A stretch of 59,859 nt of DNA, filler included, from 4 parts of 4 records of this genome joined end to end with filler, not necessarily neighbours in it; one strand, 5' to 3'; shown: positions 19,824 through 29,724, numbered from the whole stretch's first letter. A program made the numbers and translations. Notes: generated by a model from the letters alone, not told the origin.

Positions 19824-22685
19824 ATGAACGATGAAAACACACCTAAGACTGAAGCTTCTGATGAAGAATTCTACAATCCTGATTTCAACGAAAACAAGGA
19901 AAAACCAAATAGTGCATCTGAATTGCAAGAGACAGAAGATCCAGCAGCAATAGAAACTGATGAGGCAGACGATACTATTAATGAGGAACTTCAAACTATA
20001 AAATCTAATGATGGGTTTGAGGATGAGGATAATATGGAAGAACCACAGGGGAATGATCGTCCTTTTAGTTTTGATAATGTTAATCCTCTTAGGGATGCCT
20101 ATTTCATAAATAATATGCACCAGAAAGATCATAATGATCAAAAAAACAAAACCATGTCTTTTGATCCGACGATCTCCTTTAATTTTTCGGACGACTTAAC
20201 CGAATACGATATTGAAGAGGGTTTTTCAACCGTCACAAAAAAATTTTGGAAAGAACCTTTTGTTCTCATAGCTTGTGATGATCCCCCAATTGGTATGTCT
20301 GCGTTGAAACAATTATATCGAACATACGACCACAAAGAGAAAGGAAGTGTCAGAGAGTTCTCCACACTTGGAATAAAAGAAAATGAGAAGTTAGCTCATT
20401 CTTTTCGAATGGATGAATCGGGAGATTATTTTTCTCTATTCTTTTTACATGAAAATTTAGGTGACATTCCTAAAAATACCACTATCGTCATAGATCTTAC
20501 TTCAGAACGCAATATAGATGCACGGTCTTTTCTAACGCAATTACTGGATTCAAATGCTGGGGAAGGTTACTTTGAACGTTTAAAAAAACATCTCACGGAG
20601 CACTCACTCCGCATAATCTGTCTCGCACCTCAAAAAATGGTGGGTGCGGAATTGCCTCAATATCGATTTCATATCTGGCAAATCAATCCCATCAGGGTTT
20701 TAATTTACCATTATTACCCTGCTGAAGCAAAAAAACTTTTTGAGATGCTTCAACGGCAGATTAAGTTAAATGATTGGGGAATAGACCCTCTCGGCGATGT
20801 GAGGAATGCAATCAATCAAAACACCCTGATCCATTCGATTGAAAAATATGAAGGGCGGAGTGCAGAACCAGAGGAAAAAGATGATTTACAGTACTATTTA
20901 TCCCTTCTTAAACATAACACTCCATATGCTGCTTTAAATGAAGCTGTGTTGTTTACCTCTCTATATTTCCCAAAACTATCTGAACCACTTTTCGAAGAAG
21001 TTTTATCAATCCTTTTGGGTGGTGTCCTTGTATCAGAGTTTGCTGTAAAAAAGATGAATAGTGCAGGTACCCAAAGAAACGAAAAACCAAATGACGTGGA
21101 TAGTCAACAGGCTCAAAAACAAATCAATGTCACAGTGAAAATAGATGATACGGATATCAATGTGAATACATTGGACAATAATCAGCAGGAATCAACTCAA
21201 AATAAATCATATATTGAAAATCATGATGAAGGAAATGAGCCGGATGATGTCTCATTGCGTTCAAAATTAGATCATTTTAAATTGGAAACGGATGCAACCT
21301 TAATGGATCTTTGGGTAAAAGGTGGTCGGAAAGAAATTTCAAATAGTACAAAGATAACTTTGATAAACATACCCAATGGCAGAAGCTATATCTGGTTTAA
21401 AGAACCGCATTTGTCAAAATCTGCATCAGAGGCTCTCAGGATTTCAGACCCCTTCTATTTTTCCAAATATTTCAATCGTGTATTGGAATCGGGTTTAGTA
21501 TTTCATGATTCAAAATTTATTGCGGACAGTGCACTCGAACTAATTCGTCAAAGAATGTTACTCAACCCTGATTTGTATGATTACAGATGGTTGAGTTCTT
21601 GGGTCGGGAAAGCCTTGATAATGATTCAGATTGCCAGGGATATTCAACCGGAAAATGTCGAAGAGTTGGGTGGGCAATTACAAATTCTCGGCAGCGAACC
21701 CTTGTTGATGGATCGATGGACGAAATTACTCCGAATGATGTTAGGAGATGATAAATTAGCAAAAGTAACAAATGAGTTTCTATCTAACCTATTTATTATC
21801 AGGCAGTATGAGCGTATTTTACAATTTGCCATACGCTTAAAAAATGCTCCGGGATTTGATGTTTTATACTGGCTTAAACGACTCATTGCTGAAAGTAATG
21901 AGGAGGTTCGTGAACAATCTTTTTTTTATCTACTTGGTTTTTATCGAAAAAATATTCTTCAAAAACCTGAGCTTTTAGAAGAGCTTTTGGCGTGGCTTCC
22001 TTCCAGTGATACGAACAAAAACTTTCCACCATTGCAACAAGTTGCCTTGTTCTTGCCATTGTTCCTGATAGTAGGTGCTATAAATGAATTTGATACAAAA
22101 TCCAAAAGTCCACTCAAAACCTTGTTTCCTATAATTTCAGGTAGAACACCTGAGGAGGTGGATTTGTCTGTTGCTTTTGAAGGTTTAATAACTGTTTTGC
22201 TGCACGCTCGTCAGGGATTTGACCAATTGGTTACAAAGGATTTACTCCACCAGGTTGTACGAAAATTATTGTCTAATATCCAGATTACAGGCCAAAAGTA
22301 TAAAAAAGGTGCAAAATCAATAACAGGTATGCGTCCTTTATCCGACTTGATTTTACAACAGCCTGCGGCTTGTTTAAATTTTTATGATACATTATTGGCT
22401 TTCATTCTGGTTGCGTGGGCATGGCAACTTTTGGCTGGTTCAAAACAGGATGCATCCTACCAGAACGGGGAGGAGGTCCTAAATAAAATAACCGGTACCT
22501 TTGTTAATCGGCTTCAAACCAAAAGATTGAACAATATTCGTAATTTCCTTCGAGAGAGCAGGCAGCTTGTGTCTGATTCCAAATCCAAAGCGAAGCATAA
22601 AGAGGACCATCTTACCATGTCACGATATATTCGTGTATCGAGAATCGTTGCGAATTCAATTTATAAAAACAAAAAAAGCAAATAA
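19824..22685 (+). CDS. 953-aa hypothetical protein: acidic disordered N-terminus, possible degenerate P-loop/STAND-like domain, alpha-helical repeat C-terminus
   Basis: Long ORF with AAGGA RBS. FVLIACDDPPIGMSAL (eroded Walker A-like) and TIVIDL (Walker B-like); Leu-rich helical C-half. The domain call is inference. Confidence 0.6.
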   Translation: MNDENTPKTEASDEEFYNPDFNENKEKPNSASELQETEDPAAIETDEADDTINEELQTIKSNDGFEDEDNMEEPQGNDRPFSFDNVNPLRDAYFINNMHQKDHNDQKNKTMSFDPTISFNFSDDLTEYDIEEGFSTVTKKFWKEPFVLIACDDPPIGMSALKQLYRTYDHKEKGSVREFSTLGIKENEKLAHSFRMDESGDYFSLFFLHENLGDIPKNTTIVIDLTSERNIDARSFLTQLLDSNAGEGYFERLKKHLTEHSLRIICLAPQKMVGAELPQYRFHIWQINPIRVLIYHYYPAEAKKLFEMLQRQIKLNDWGIDPLGDVRNAINQNTLIHSIEKYEGRSAEPEEKDDLQYYLSLLKHNTPYAALNEAVLFTSLYFPKLSEPLFEEVLSILLGGVLVSEFAVKKMNSAGTQRNEKPNDVDSQQAQKQINVTVKIDDTDINVNTLDNNQQESTQNKSYIENHDEGNEPDDVSLRSKLDHFKLETDATLMDLWVKGGRKEISNSTKITLINIPNGRSYIWFKEPHLSKSASEALRISDPFYFSKYFNRVLESGLVFHDSKFIADSALELIRQRMLLNPDLYDYRWLSSWVGKALIMIQIARDIQPENVEELGGQLQILGSEPLLMDRWTKLLRMMLGDDKLAKVTNEFLSNLFIIRQYERILQFAIRLKNAPGFDVLYWLKRLIAESNEEVREQSFFYLLGFYRKNILQKPELLEELLAWLPSSDTNKNFPPLQQVALFLPLFLIVGAINEFDTKSKSPLKTLFPIISGRTPEEVDLSVAFEGLITVLLHARQGFDQLVTKDLLHQVVRKLLSNIQITGQKYKKGAKSITGMRPLSDLILQQPAACLNFYDTLLAFILVAWAWQLLAGSKQDASYQNGEEVLNKITGTFVNRLQTKRLNNIRNFLRESRQLVSDSKSKAKHKEDHLTMSRYIRVSRIVANSIYKNKKSK

Positions 22686-22710
22686 CTCAAATAAAAATCA
22701 GGGGCCTATC

Positions 22711-25038
22711 ATGAATAAATTAAACCAAGTAATAAAACGGGTTAACGAAAAAGAGGAGCTGAAAACCAACCAATCCTATTTTGTTATTAATGAAAAAACT
22801 GGCGAGATTGTACAAAACTGGCTTTATAAGACGATTGGTAAAAAAAATCGATACTATATTGTTTCAAATGCCAATCTTGCCCGAAATTCAGCAGAAGGTG
22901 AAACAAGTGTTATCCCTGTCAAGGATTTTCAAAGCAATAGAGAGGTAGGTCTTATCATAAATTATTATGTTCAATGTCCTGCTGGCAATGAAGAGAAACT
23001 TGTCCGTTCGTTATATCGCGAGGCAACACCTGAAGAAGCGTTGCTGAATATTATCGAAAATATTGTGTTGAACCATATCACTTCTCGGGAAGCTGAATTT
23101 ATTGATGATTATTTATCAGAAAGAGAGAAGTTGAACTCCTTGCTTCGCATGCAGGTAGAAAATGAGACTGGATTGACCACAAAGATTCAAATACATTTAA
23201 AATATGAAGAGAACTTGGATACATTTAAGATTTTAGAAAAATCTGTACCAATCCAACTTAAGGAAGGCATTGAGGAACATTCGATTACATTTAGCCTGGA
23301 CTCTGAACCAGATCAATCGCGGGTGGTTCATGCAGTTATGGCATATACCGATCTTCATCTGTTGGAAGGAAAACTAATTCGTTCAATTCAATCATTTTTT
23401 AAAACACGAGTACCGTATCAGGTTTTTCATGACGGTTTCAGGAATGGAGACTCAATTAAAGGTTTTGAAAAAATGTTGAACAAGATTTTATATGATGAAG
23501 GTAGGCTCCCGGCAAAGTGGAAACTTGAGCCATGCATAAAGGGAGGTAGGGCTAACGAATTTGAAACACTAGCCGTAGACATCCAACGAACACCATATCA
23601 GGCAACAGAAAGTGTAATTATAAAAAATGAATTACAAATGATTCTTCAAGATGCTGCGAAGCTAAAATCCTCCGGTGTCTCAAATTTTAAAAGCTGGATT
23701 AAGGAAAGTCTTGAGCGAATCATTGAGGAAGAAGTTTTTGAAATGAGATATCTTGATTTTCTATTAAGATTCAATCCTGTGGAAGATAAAATCCGGGAAC
23801 GCATGAAAATTGACTCGGATCTAATTGGATATAAAGTCAAACATCTGATTTCACGCCCGGATATGAAAGAAGAGGTGTATCTTAAACCTAAATCTTATGA
23901 ATTCAGTTACAGTAATCTACCCACACGTGAAGCAGGGCTTGATATCAATTTAGGTGTGGCTGTTACTTTTTCCATTCCGGATTTAAACAAAGTGGAAAAA
24001 TGGCTAAACAAGAATATTGATCTGGAATCAGTTATAGAGCTTTCAATCAAAAGTGAACTTGAACAGATACTCCACTCGGAATCCCCAGAAACGGTTTATA
24101 TGCGATTTTCAATCGTAGGGCAGGATAAATCAGGATCATTGGAAAACAGATTATCGGATGCTATCAAAAGGCATTTACAAGACGAATACCATGCAGATAT
24201 TATTGGAGTTCCTATAATTAAACCAATGGATACTGAAATCAGCGCCTTTGCCCGAAGCCTTATTGACGCTACCCAGGGATTCCGTGTTGATATCGAGCCC
24301 TTCGGAAACAGAAGGCACACATCAATTTTTCATGGAAAGTTTACAATAACAAGTATCAACGAAAAAGGCTGGAGTAGAATTAAGAAGATGGATTTCACTA
24401 TTGATGAGGTCAAAGACTTCTTCGTTGATTCACTGAATGCAAATTTGGGGGCGCTTTCCGGGGATGAGTATCTGTTGTACAATAACCCGAATTTACGAAC
24501 ACAGTTGGAAAGGGTGGCCAATGAAGTGGTCAATATGGCAGTAGTTGAACGATACGGCGTAGATATTGCGATTGATAACTTTAGGCGGGAACCAGTTGAG
24601 AACGAAATTCGTAAAATCAAAGCTATTAACAAGCGTGAACAGATTGACCTTGACACCATTGAACACATCTTAGAAGACAATGTTAAAGCTATAAAACATG
24701 ATAGTTTGCTTGCAGAAAATGACAGAGTAGCTCAACGTGAACAGGCGGAAATTTTAAACCGAAAGGAAGCCGGTTATTTGAAGACAATGGATCCACTGGC
24801 TGATGGTGAAGAATTAGATCAGATAGAACGAATTGATGAGTTAAAAAAAGAACGGTTCAAAAGAAGAGAAATGGACAGGGAAAAGGCAGACGAGTTGTTG
24901 TCAAAAATTCAGAACCCATCAAGCTCAGTATCTGGCCTGCCGTCCCCGGACCCATTGCTGGCGTTGTCTGAAACTCGGAAAAAAACTAAAAGTACAGAAG
25001 CGTCAGATGATGTGGAGACCTCAAAAAATGACGAATAA
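22711..25038 (+). CDS. Soluble protein with ~5 tandem SPFH/Band-7-like modules and a C-terminal coiled coil
   Basis: ATG 22711 follows AGGGG. Repeated beta-beta-helix-helix-G-beta units, e.g. LPTREAGLDINLGVAVTFSIPD...LQDEYHADI and AVVERYGVDIAIDNFRR. Charged helical tail. Confidence 0.6.
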   Translation: MNKLNQVIKRVNEKEELKTNQSYFVINEKTGEIVQNWLYKTIGKKNRYYIVSNANLARNSAEGETSVIPVKDFQSNREVGLIINYYVQCPAGNEEKLVRSLYREATPEEALLNIIENIVLNHITSREAEFIDDYLSEREKLNSLLRMQVENETGLTTKIQIHLKYEENLDTFKILEKSVPIQLKEGIEEHSITFSLDSEPDQSRVVHAVMAYTDLHLLEGKLIRSIQSFFKTRVPYQVFHDGFRNGDSIKGFEKMLNKILYDEGRLPAKWKLEPCIKGGRANEFETLAVDIQRTPYQATESVIIKNELQMILQDAAKLKSSGVSNFKSWIKESLERIIEEEVFEMRYLDFLLRFNPVEDKIRERMKIDSDLIGYKVKHLISRPDMKEEVYLKPKSYEFSYSNLPTREAGLDINLGVAVTFSIPDLNKVEKWLNKNIDLESVIELSIKSELEQILHSESPETVYMRFSIVGQDKSGSLENRLSDAIKRHLQDEYHADIIGVPIIKPMDTEISAFARSLIDATQGFRVDIEPFGNRRHTSIFHGKFTITSINEKGWSRIKKMDFTIDEVKDFFVDSLNANLGALSGDEYLLYNNPNLRTQLERVANEVVNMAVVERYGVDIAIDNFRREPVENEIRKIKAINKREQIDLDTIEHILEDNVKAIKHDSLLAENDRVAQREQAEILNRKEAGYLKTMDPLADGEELDQIERIDELKKERFKRREMDREKADELLSKIQNPSSSVSGLPSPDPLLALSETRKKTKSTEASDDVETSKNDE

Positions 25039-26935
25039 TAGCATAACGACTGAAGCTGAAAAAAACTCCAAGACAGAATCAAACAGTGCTAAAAGGGCTG
25101 AAATTTCTTCACAAGAACCGAATTACATGCTAAGCAAAAAAGATTTACTTTTCATTGTTGTCTTCTCAATTGTTACCGGCATTGTCTTGAATTTTTCGTT
25201 TCCATTATTGTCTCTTTCCAATGAAGGGGACGAGACGCTGAAGGCAATGCGCTATATGTCTTTATTGATCTTTATTCTTTTAATAGTTGGATTGTGGAAA
25301 GGATACAGGACCCTAAAAACCATTGCAATTGAAAACGGTATTGTAACCCACATACTTTCTGACATTAAAGGTCGAAGTGCTACCATAGCTAATGGAACAA
25401 TAGCACCTCCCAATTTTGATGATCTTTCCCGCATCATTCCTTTTCCATCCATTAAAAAAGAACCGGTATGTCGAAAAATGATGGTTAGAATTTTACGGGA
25501 TGGTGCGGATTATATCTATGATCAACGTGAGACAGTAGTTCGCCCCTACAAAGAGGAATTGAGCGATCGTCTTTTTTTGTTGAGCTCATTACAGACGACC
25601 GCACTCCGGTTAGGTATACTTGGTACATTCATCGGTCTAATAATAGCATTAATCAACCTTGGGGGAATTCCGGACATATTTGAGGCCGCTAACGGTACGC
25701 TATCAAATGGGATGCTCGCACGAAGAGAATTGTTTGTAAAATTTTCAGAAAATCTATTCAGCGCTCTACATGTTGCTTTTGGTACAAGTGTGGCGGGATT
25801 GGAGGTTGCTATCCTACTTACTTTCTTGAATATGTACCTAAAATCGTCACAGAAAGTGCTTTTTAGAAAAATGGATGAATCTGCTGGAGAAATGATGTCC
25901 CTTGCTAGACGGGCTACATACAAAGAAAAGGGTTTGCTTTCTTCATTTGCGCAGATGAAATCATCAATTGAGAGCATTGAGCTTAAAATACACCATGAGA
26001 ATCAGACAACAGTTCGGTCTGTAGAAGCGTTGGGGAATAAATTGGTAGAGCAAACCAAGCTAATCGACAAAGGAATGAGCTTAGTGTCTGAAACACAAAG
26101 AAATTGGCAAGCATTTCTTAGTGACCTCAAAATTCAACAAAAAGAAGTTTTTGAAGAGACAGTTCAACAACGCAGTAAAGTTGAAGAATCTTATAAAGGT
26201 TTTTTAGATCAACTTGATGAACGAGAAAAAATTTTCATCAAAGATTTATCAAAAGCTCTCGACTTATTATCTATAGATAAATTAGGAAAAGGTATTCTCG
26301 GTAGTGTTGAGCAGACAGGTAGAAAACTTGAAAAGTCAATTAATTCTTATACGCTTCAAATTGCATCAAAACTAGTTTCGGCCGGAAAAGATCTTAGAGG
26401 TGTTGTAAGCTCTGACATCATTGAATTAAGCAATCATGTTGAATCTGCTTGTAAATCACAAGAAATGCTTAGTAACATATTGATATCGACAATTGAAAAT
26501 ATTCAAACACTATCCAAGCAGGTGGAGAATTCAAAAAAGAGTGCTACAACCTTTGATCGATTTCAAAAAAACTTAGCGGCAACGCTTCAGCGAGTCGAAG
26601 ATGCACAAATATCTTTTCAAAAAGATATACAAGAATCTGTTGAACGGTTGCAATCTATACCGTTAGATCAACGTTTTGAAGATCGAATAGTTATTGCCGC
26701 AAACAAATCTATATCGCCTTTAAATCAAACACTAAAGCAGGTCTCATCTAAAATTGAAACACTGAATAAAACAGGTTCAACTATTAGAAAAGGTGTGTAT
26801 TATTTGGATCGTATATTTTCAAATCGTATATTCAAATTTGGTTATAAAGTTGCAATCATTTTAAGCATTGTAACCGGAATTAGTTTAGTAGCTATGGCAA
26901 CATTAGGTATAGTGACTTCCTTTACTGGATCATAA
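25028..26935 (+). CDS. MotA/TolQ/ExbB proton-channel protein with long coiled-coil tail (ZorA-like)
   Basis: Two N-terminal TMs, LGILGTFIGLIIAL and ALHVAFGTSVAGL channel motifs, ~330-aa heptad-rich tail, C-terminal TM. Start overlaps the upstream stop. Confidence 0.8.
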   Translation: MTNNSITTEAEKNSKTESNSAKRAEISSQEPNYMLSKKDLLFIVVFSIVTGIVLNFSFPLLSLSNEGDETLKAMRYMSLLIFILLIVGLWKGYRTLKTIAIENGIVTHILSDIKGRSATIANGTIAPPNFDDLSRIIPFPSIKKEPVCRKMMVRILRDGADYIYDQRETVVRPYKEELSDRLFLLSSLQTTALRLGILGTFIGLIIALINLGGIPDIFEAANGTLSNGMLARRELFVKFSENLFSALHVAFGTSVAGLEVAILLTFLNMYLKSSQKVLFRKMDESAGEMMSLARRATYKEKGLLSSFAQMKSSIESIELKIHHENQTTVRSVEALGNKLVEQTKLIDKGMSLVSETQRNWQAFLSDLKIQQKEVFEETVQQRSKVEESYKGFLDQLDEREKIFIKDLSKALDLLSIDKLGKGILGSVEQTGRKLEKSINSYTLQIASKLVSAGKDLRGVVSSDIIELSNHVESACKSQEMLSNILISTIENIQTLSKQVENSKKSATTFDRFQKNLAATLQRVEDAQISFQKDIQESVERLQSIPLDQRFEDRIVIAANKSISPLNQTLKQVSSKIETLNKTGSTIRKGVYYLDRIFSNRIFKFGYKVAIILSIVTGISLVAMATLGIVTSFTGS

Positions 26936-26939
26936 TAAC

Positions 26940-27692
26940 ATGATGAATGATGAAAATGACTCAATCCTTGGGCCGGGAACAGATTTAGTTGTTTCTCTTT
27001 TTGCAGTTTCCTTAATACTCATTTGTATGCTTTCAGGTTTATACTTTGAGTCTGTTGAAAGCGCTGTAATAACAGAGAAAAAGATTGAAACATATAGCTC
27101 GCTTATCGATGGAACGAAAAAGGTTGATGAAATATTACAAACGCATCAGTTATTAAAAGATGAGAATAAAGTTCTTAAAACCAAGTTTGGTTCTTTGAAA
27201 CTACATACAGAAAATATTAAACAAAAAAAAGAACAATTGGAGGCCAACAGAAAAAACCAATCTACAAAAATAAAAAAACTTTCTAAAGATTTAAACACTC
27301 TTAAAGCCGAAAATTCAGTTTTGAAAAAGCAAATCTATGATAAAAATTTTGTCATAAGCCAATTAACTGCCACATCAATCGTTAAAGGCCATAATAATAC
27401 TCCGATCCCAAAAAGAAGTACAAAGGATAAAAGAGTTCTTAGAATATATGCTGAAGGAAAATTTTCAAATCCAATTCTCTATTATAAGTTACCTGGTGGT
27501 TCAAAGAAAGTAAGCACATCTCGTCAGGCAATGCACTCCAGACTTAAAAGGATCAAAAATGAATTAGGATCGCAATTATATGTTTCAGTAATTGTTCCTG
27601 ACAATTATCCAGTTAGTATTAAAAAAAGACTACAATGCGAATTTTGGAAATATGACTATTACCAGTACTTTGATAAAAACTATTGCAAATAA
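26940..27692 (+). CDS. MotB/ZorB/ExbD-like single-TM partner with coiled coil
   Basis: N-terminal GPGTDLVVSLFAVSLILI helix with the conserved-type Asp, a coiled coil, and a small alpha/beta C-terminal domain lacking a clear OmpA motif. Confidence 0.7.
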   Translation: MMNDENDSILGPGTDLVVSLFAVSLILICMLSGLYFESVESAVITEKKIETYSSLIDGTKKVDEILQTHQLLKDENKVLKTKFGSLKLHTENIKQKKEQLEANRKNQSTKIKKLSKDLNTLKAENSVLKKQIYDKNFVISQLTATSIVKGHNNTPIPKRSTKDKRVLRIYAEGKFSNPILYYKLPGGSKKVSTSRQAMHSRLKRIKNELGSQLYVSVIVPDNYPVSIKKRLQCEFWKYDYYQYFDKNYCK

Positions 27693-27716
27693 ATTCATCA
27701 ACCATCAACAATTACA

Positions 27717-27764
27717 CCTCAACTAAAAAATGCACCGGACGAGCCGGTGATTTGGTGGTTATAG
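27717..27764 (+). repeat. attC recombination site
   Basis: R'' CCTCAAC, 5 nt, L'' AATGCACC, GGACGAGCC, L' GGTGATT, 5 nt, R' GTTATAG. L''/L' pair with one extrahelical G. Short (48 nt). Confidence 0.8.
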
Positions 27765-27793
27765 TGCGACACGAGGTCGCGGTATTGGCTGTT

Positions 27794-27893
27794 NNNNNNN
27801 NNNNNNNNNNNNNNNNNNNNNNNNNNNNNNNNNNNNNTTAATTAATTAANNNNNNNNNNNNNNNNNNNNNNNNNNNNNNNNNNNNNNNNNNNN
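27794..27893. other. Artificial contig-joining spacer
   Basis: N-run, TTAATTAATTAA, N-run. Confidence 0.98.
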
Positions 27894-29708
27894 AACTGTC
27901 TCAGGGTTACAGTTAACCATGATGGTTTCGTAGCCATCTTCACGCAGTGCTAAAGATGCATGTACACAACAGTAATCGAATTCGATACCTTGCCCGATAC
28001 GGTTAGGACCACCGCCCAGAACCATGATCTTGTCTTTATCTGTTGGGTTTGATTCACACTCTTCATCGTAAGATGAGTACATGTAAGCTGTATCAGAAGA
28101 GAATTCCGCTGCACACGTATCAACACGCTTGTAAACCGGGTGAATATTGAACTGGTCGCGTAGACGACGAATTTCGCTTTCAGACACACCCAGAAGTGTA
28201 GAAAGACGCGCATCAGAGAAGCCTTTACGCTTCATCTTCTTAAGTACGTCTTGAGTTAGGCCAGCGAAACCGCCCGCTTGCACTTGCTGCTCAAGTTGAA
28301 CAATTTCTTCGATTTGAACTAGGAACCAGCGGTCAATGTTAGTCAGATTGAAAACGCCATCAACAGACATACCTGCACGGAATGCATCAGCAATGTACCA
28401 GATACGCTCTGCACCCGCTTCTTTCAGCTCATGACGAATCTTAGTCAGTGCATCAGGTGCATCTAGGTCAACCATTTCATCAAAGCCGTTCATGCCAACT
28501 TCAAGGCCACGAAGTGCTTTTTGTAGTGATTCTTGTTGGTTACGGCCAATCGCCATCACCTCACCAACTGACTTCATCTGAGTTGTCAGACGGTCGTTTG
28601 CACCAGCGAATTTCTCGAAGTTAAAACGAGGAATCTTAGTCACAACGTAGTCGATTGTTGGTTCGAATGATGCTGGAGTTGCACCGCCAGTGATGTCGTT
28701 CATTAGCTCATCAAGCGTAAAGCCAACAGCCAGTTTCGCCGCAATTTTCGCAATTGGGAAACCCGTTGCTTTTGAAGCAAGAGCAGAAGAGCGAGATACA
28801 CGAGGGTTCATCTCGATGATAACCATACGGCCATCTTTCGGGTTGATACCAAACTGTACGTTTGAACCACCGGTTTCTACACCGATTTCACGCAGTACTG
28901 CTAACGATGCGTTACGCATTAGCTGGTACTCTTTATCAGTTAGAGTTTGAGCAGGAGCCACTGTGATCGAGTCACCAGTGTGGATACCCATTGGGTCAAA
29001 GTTTTCAATCGCACAAACGATGATACAGTTGTCGTTCTTATCGCGAACAACTTCCATCTCGTACTCTTTCCAACCGATTAACGATTCATCGATAAGAAGC
29101 TCGTTTGTCGGAGATAAGTCTAGACCGCGACGACAAATTTCTTCGAATTCTTCTTTGTTATAAGCGATACCACCGCCAGTACCACCCATAGTAAATGAAG
29201 GACGAATGATACATGGGAAACCAACCATATCTAGAACACGGTAAGCTTCTTCCATTGTTTTAGCGGTATCAGCACGAGGACACTCAAGGCCGATAGACTT
29301 CATCGCTTTATCGAAACGTGAACGGTCTTCTGCTTTATCAATCGCATCAGCCGTTGCACCAATCATCTCCACGCCAAACTCTTCTAGTACACCGTTTGCT
29401 TCAAGCGCTAGTGCACAGTTAAGCGCGGTTTGACCGCCCATGGTTGGAAGAATCGCGTCTGGACGCTCTTTCTCAATGATCTTGCGTACAACTTCCCAAT
29501 CAATTGGCTCAATGTATGTTGCATCAGCCATTTCTGGGTCAGTCATAATTGTTGCAGGGTTAGAGTTAACCAGTATAACTCGGTAACCCTCTTCACGCAG
29601 TGCTTTACATGCTTGAGCACCAGAGTAGTCAAACTCACAAGCCTGACCGATAACAATAGGACCTGCACCTAAAATAAGAATGCTCTGAATGTCATTACGT
29701 TTTGGCAT
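27894..29708 (-). CDS. carB: Carbamoyl-phosphate synthase large subunit (3'-truncated by contig end)
   Basis: [30 protein letters not shown]. Confidence 0.99.
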
Positions 29709-29724
29709 TATCTACTACTCCAAA

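Larger units (their letters stand above)
17048..27764. mobile_element. Integron: intI plus divergently oriented cassette array
   Basis: intI on the minus strand, AT-rich genes on the plus strand, attC at 27717-27764. Confidence 0.85.

Noticed and set aside
25028-27692. Calling the pair canonical Zorya (zorA/zorB) or flagellar motAB
   Set aside because: No ZorC/D/E-like or flagellar genes are adjacent and B lacks a clear OmpA motif, so gene symbols were withheld.
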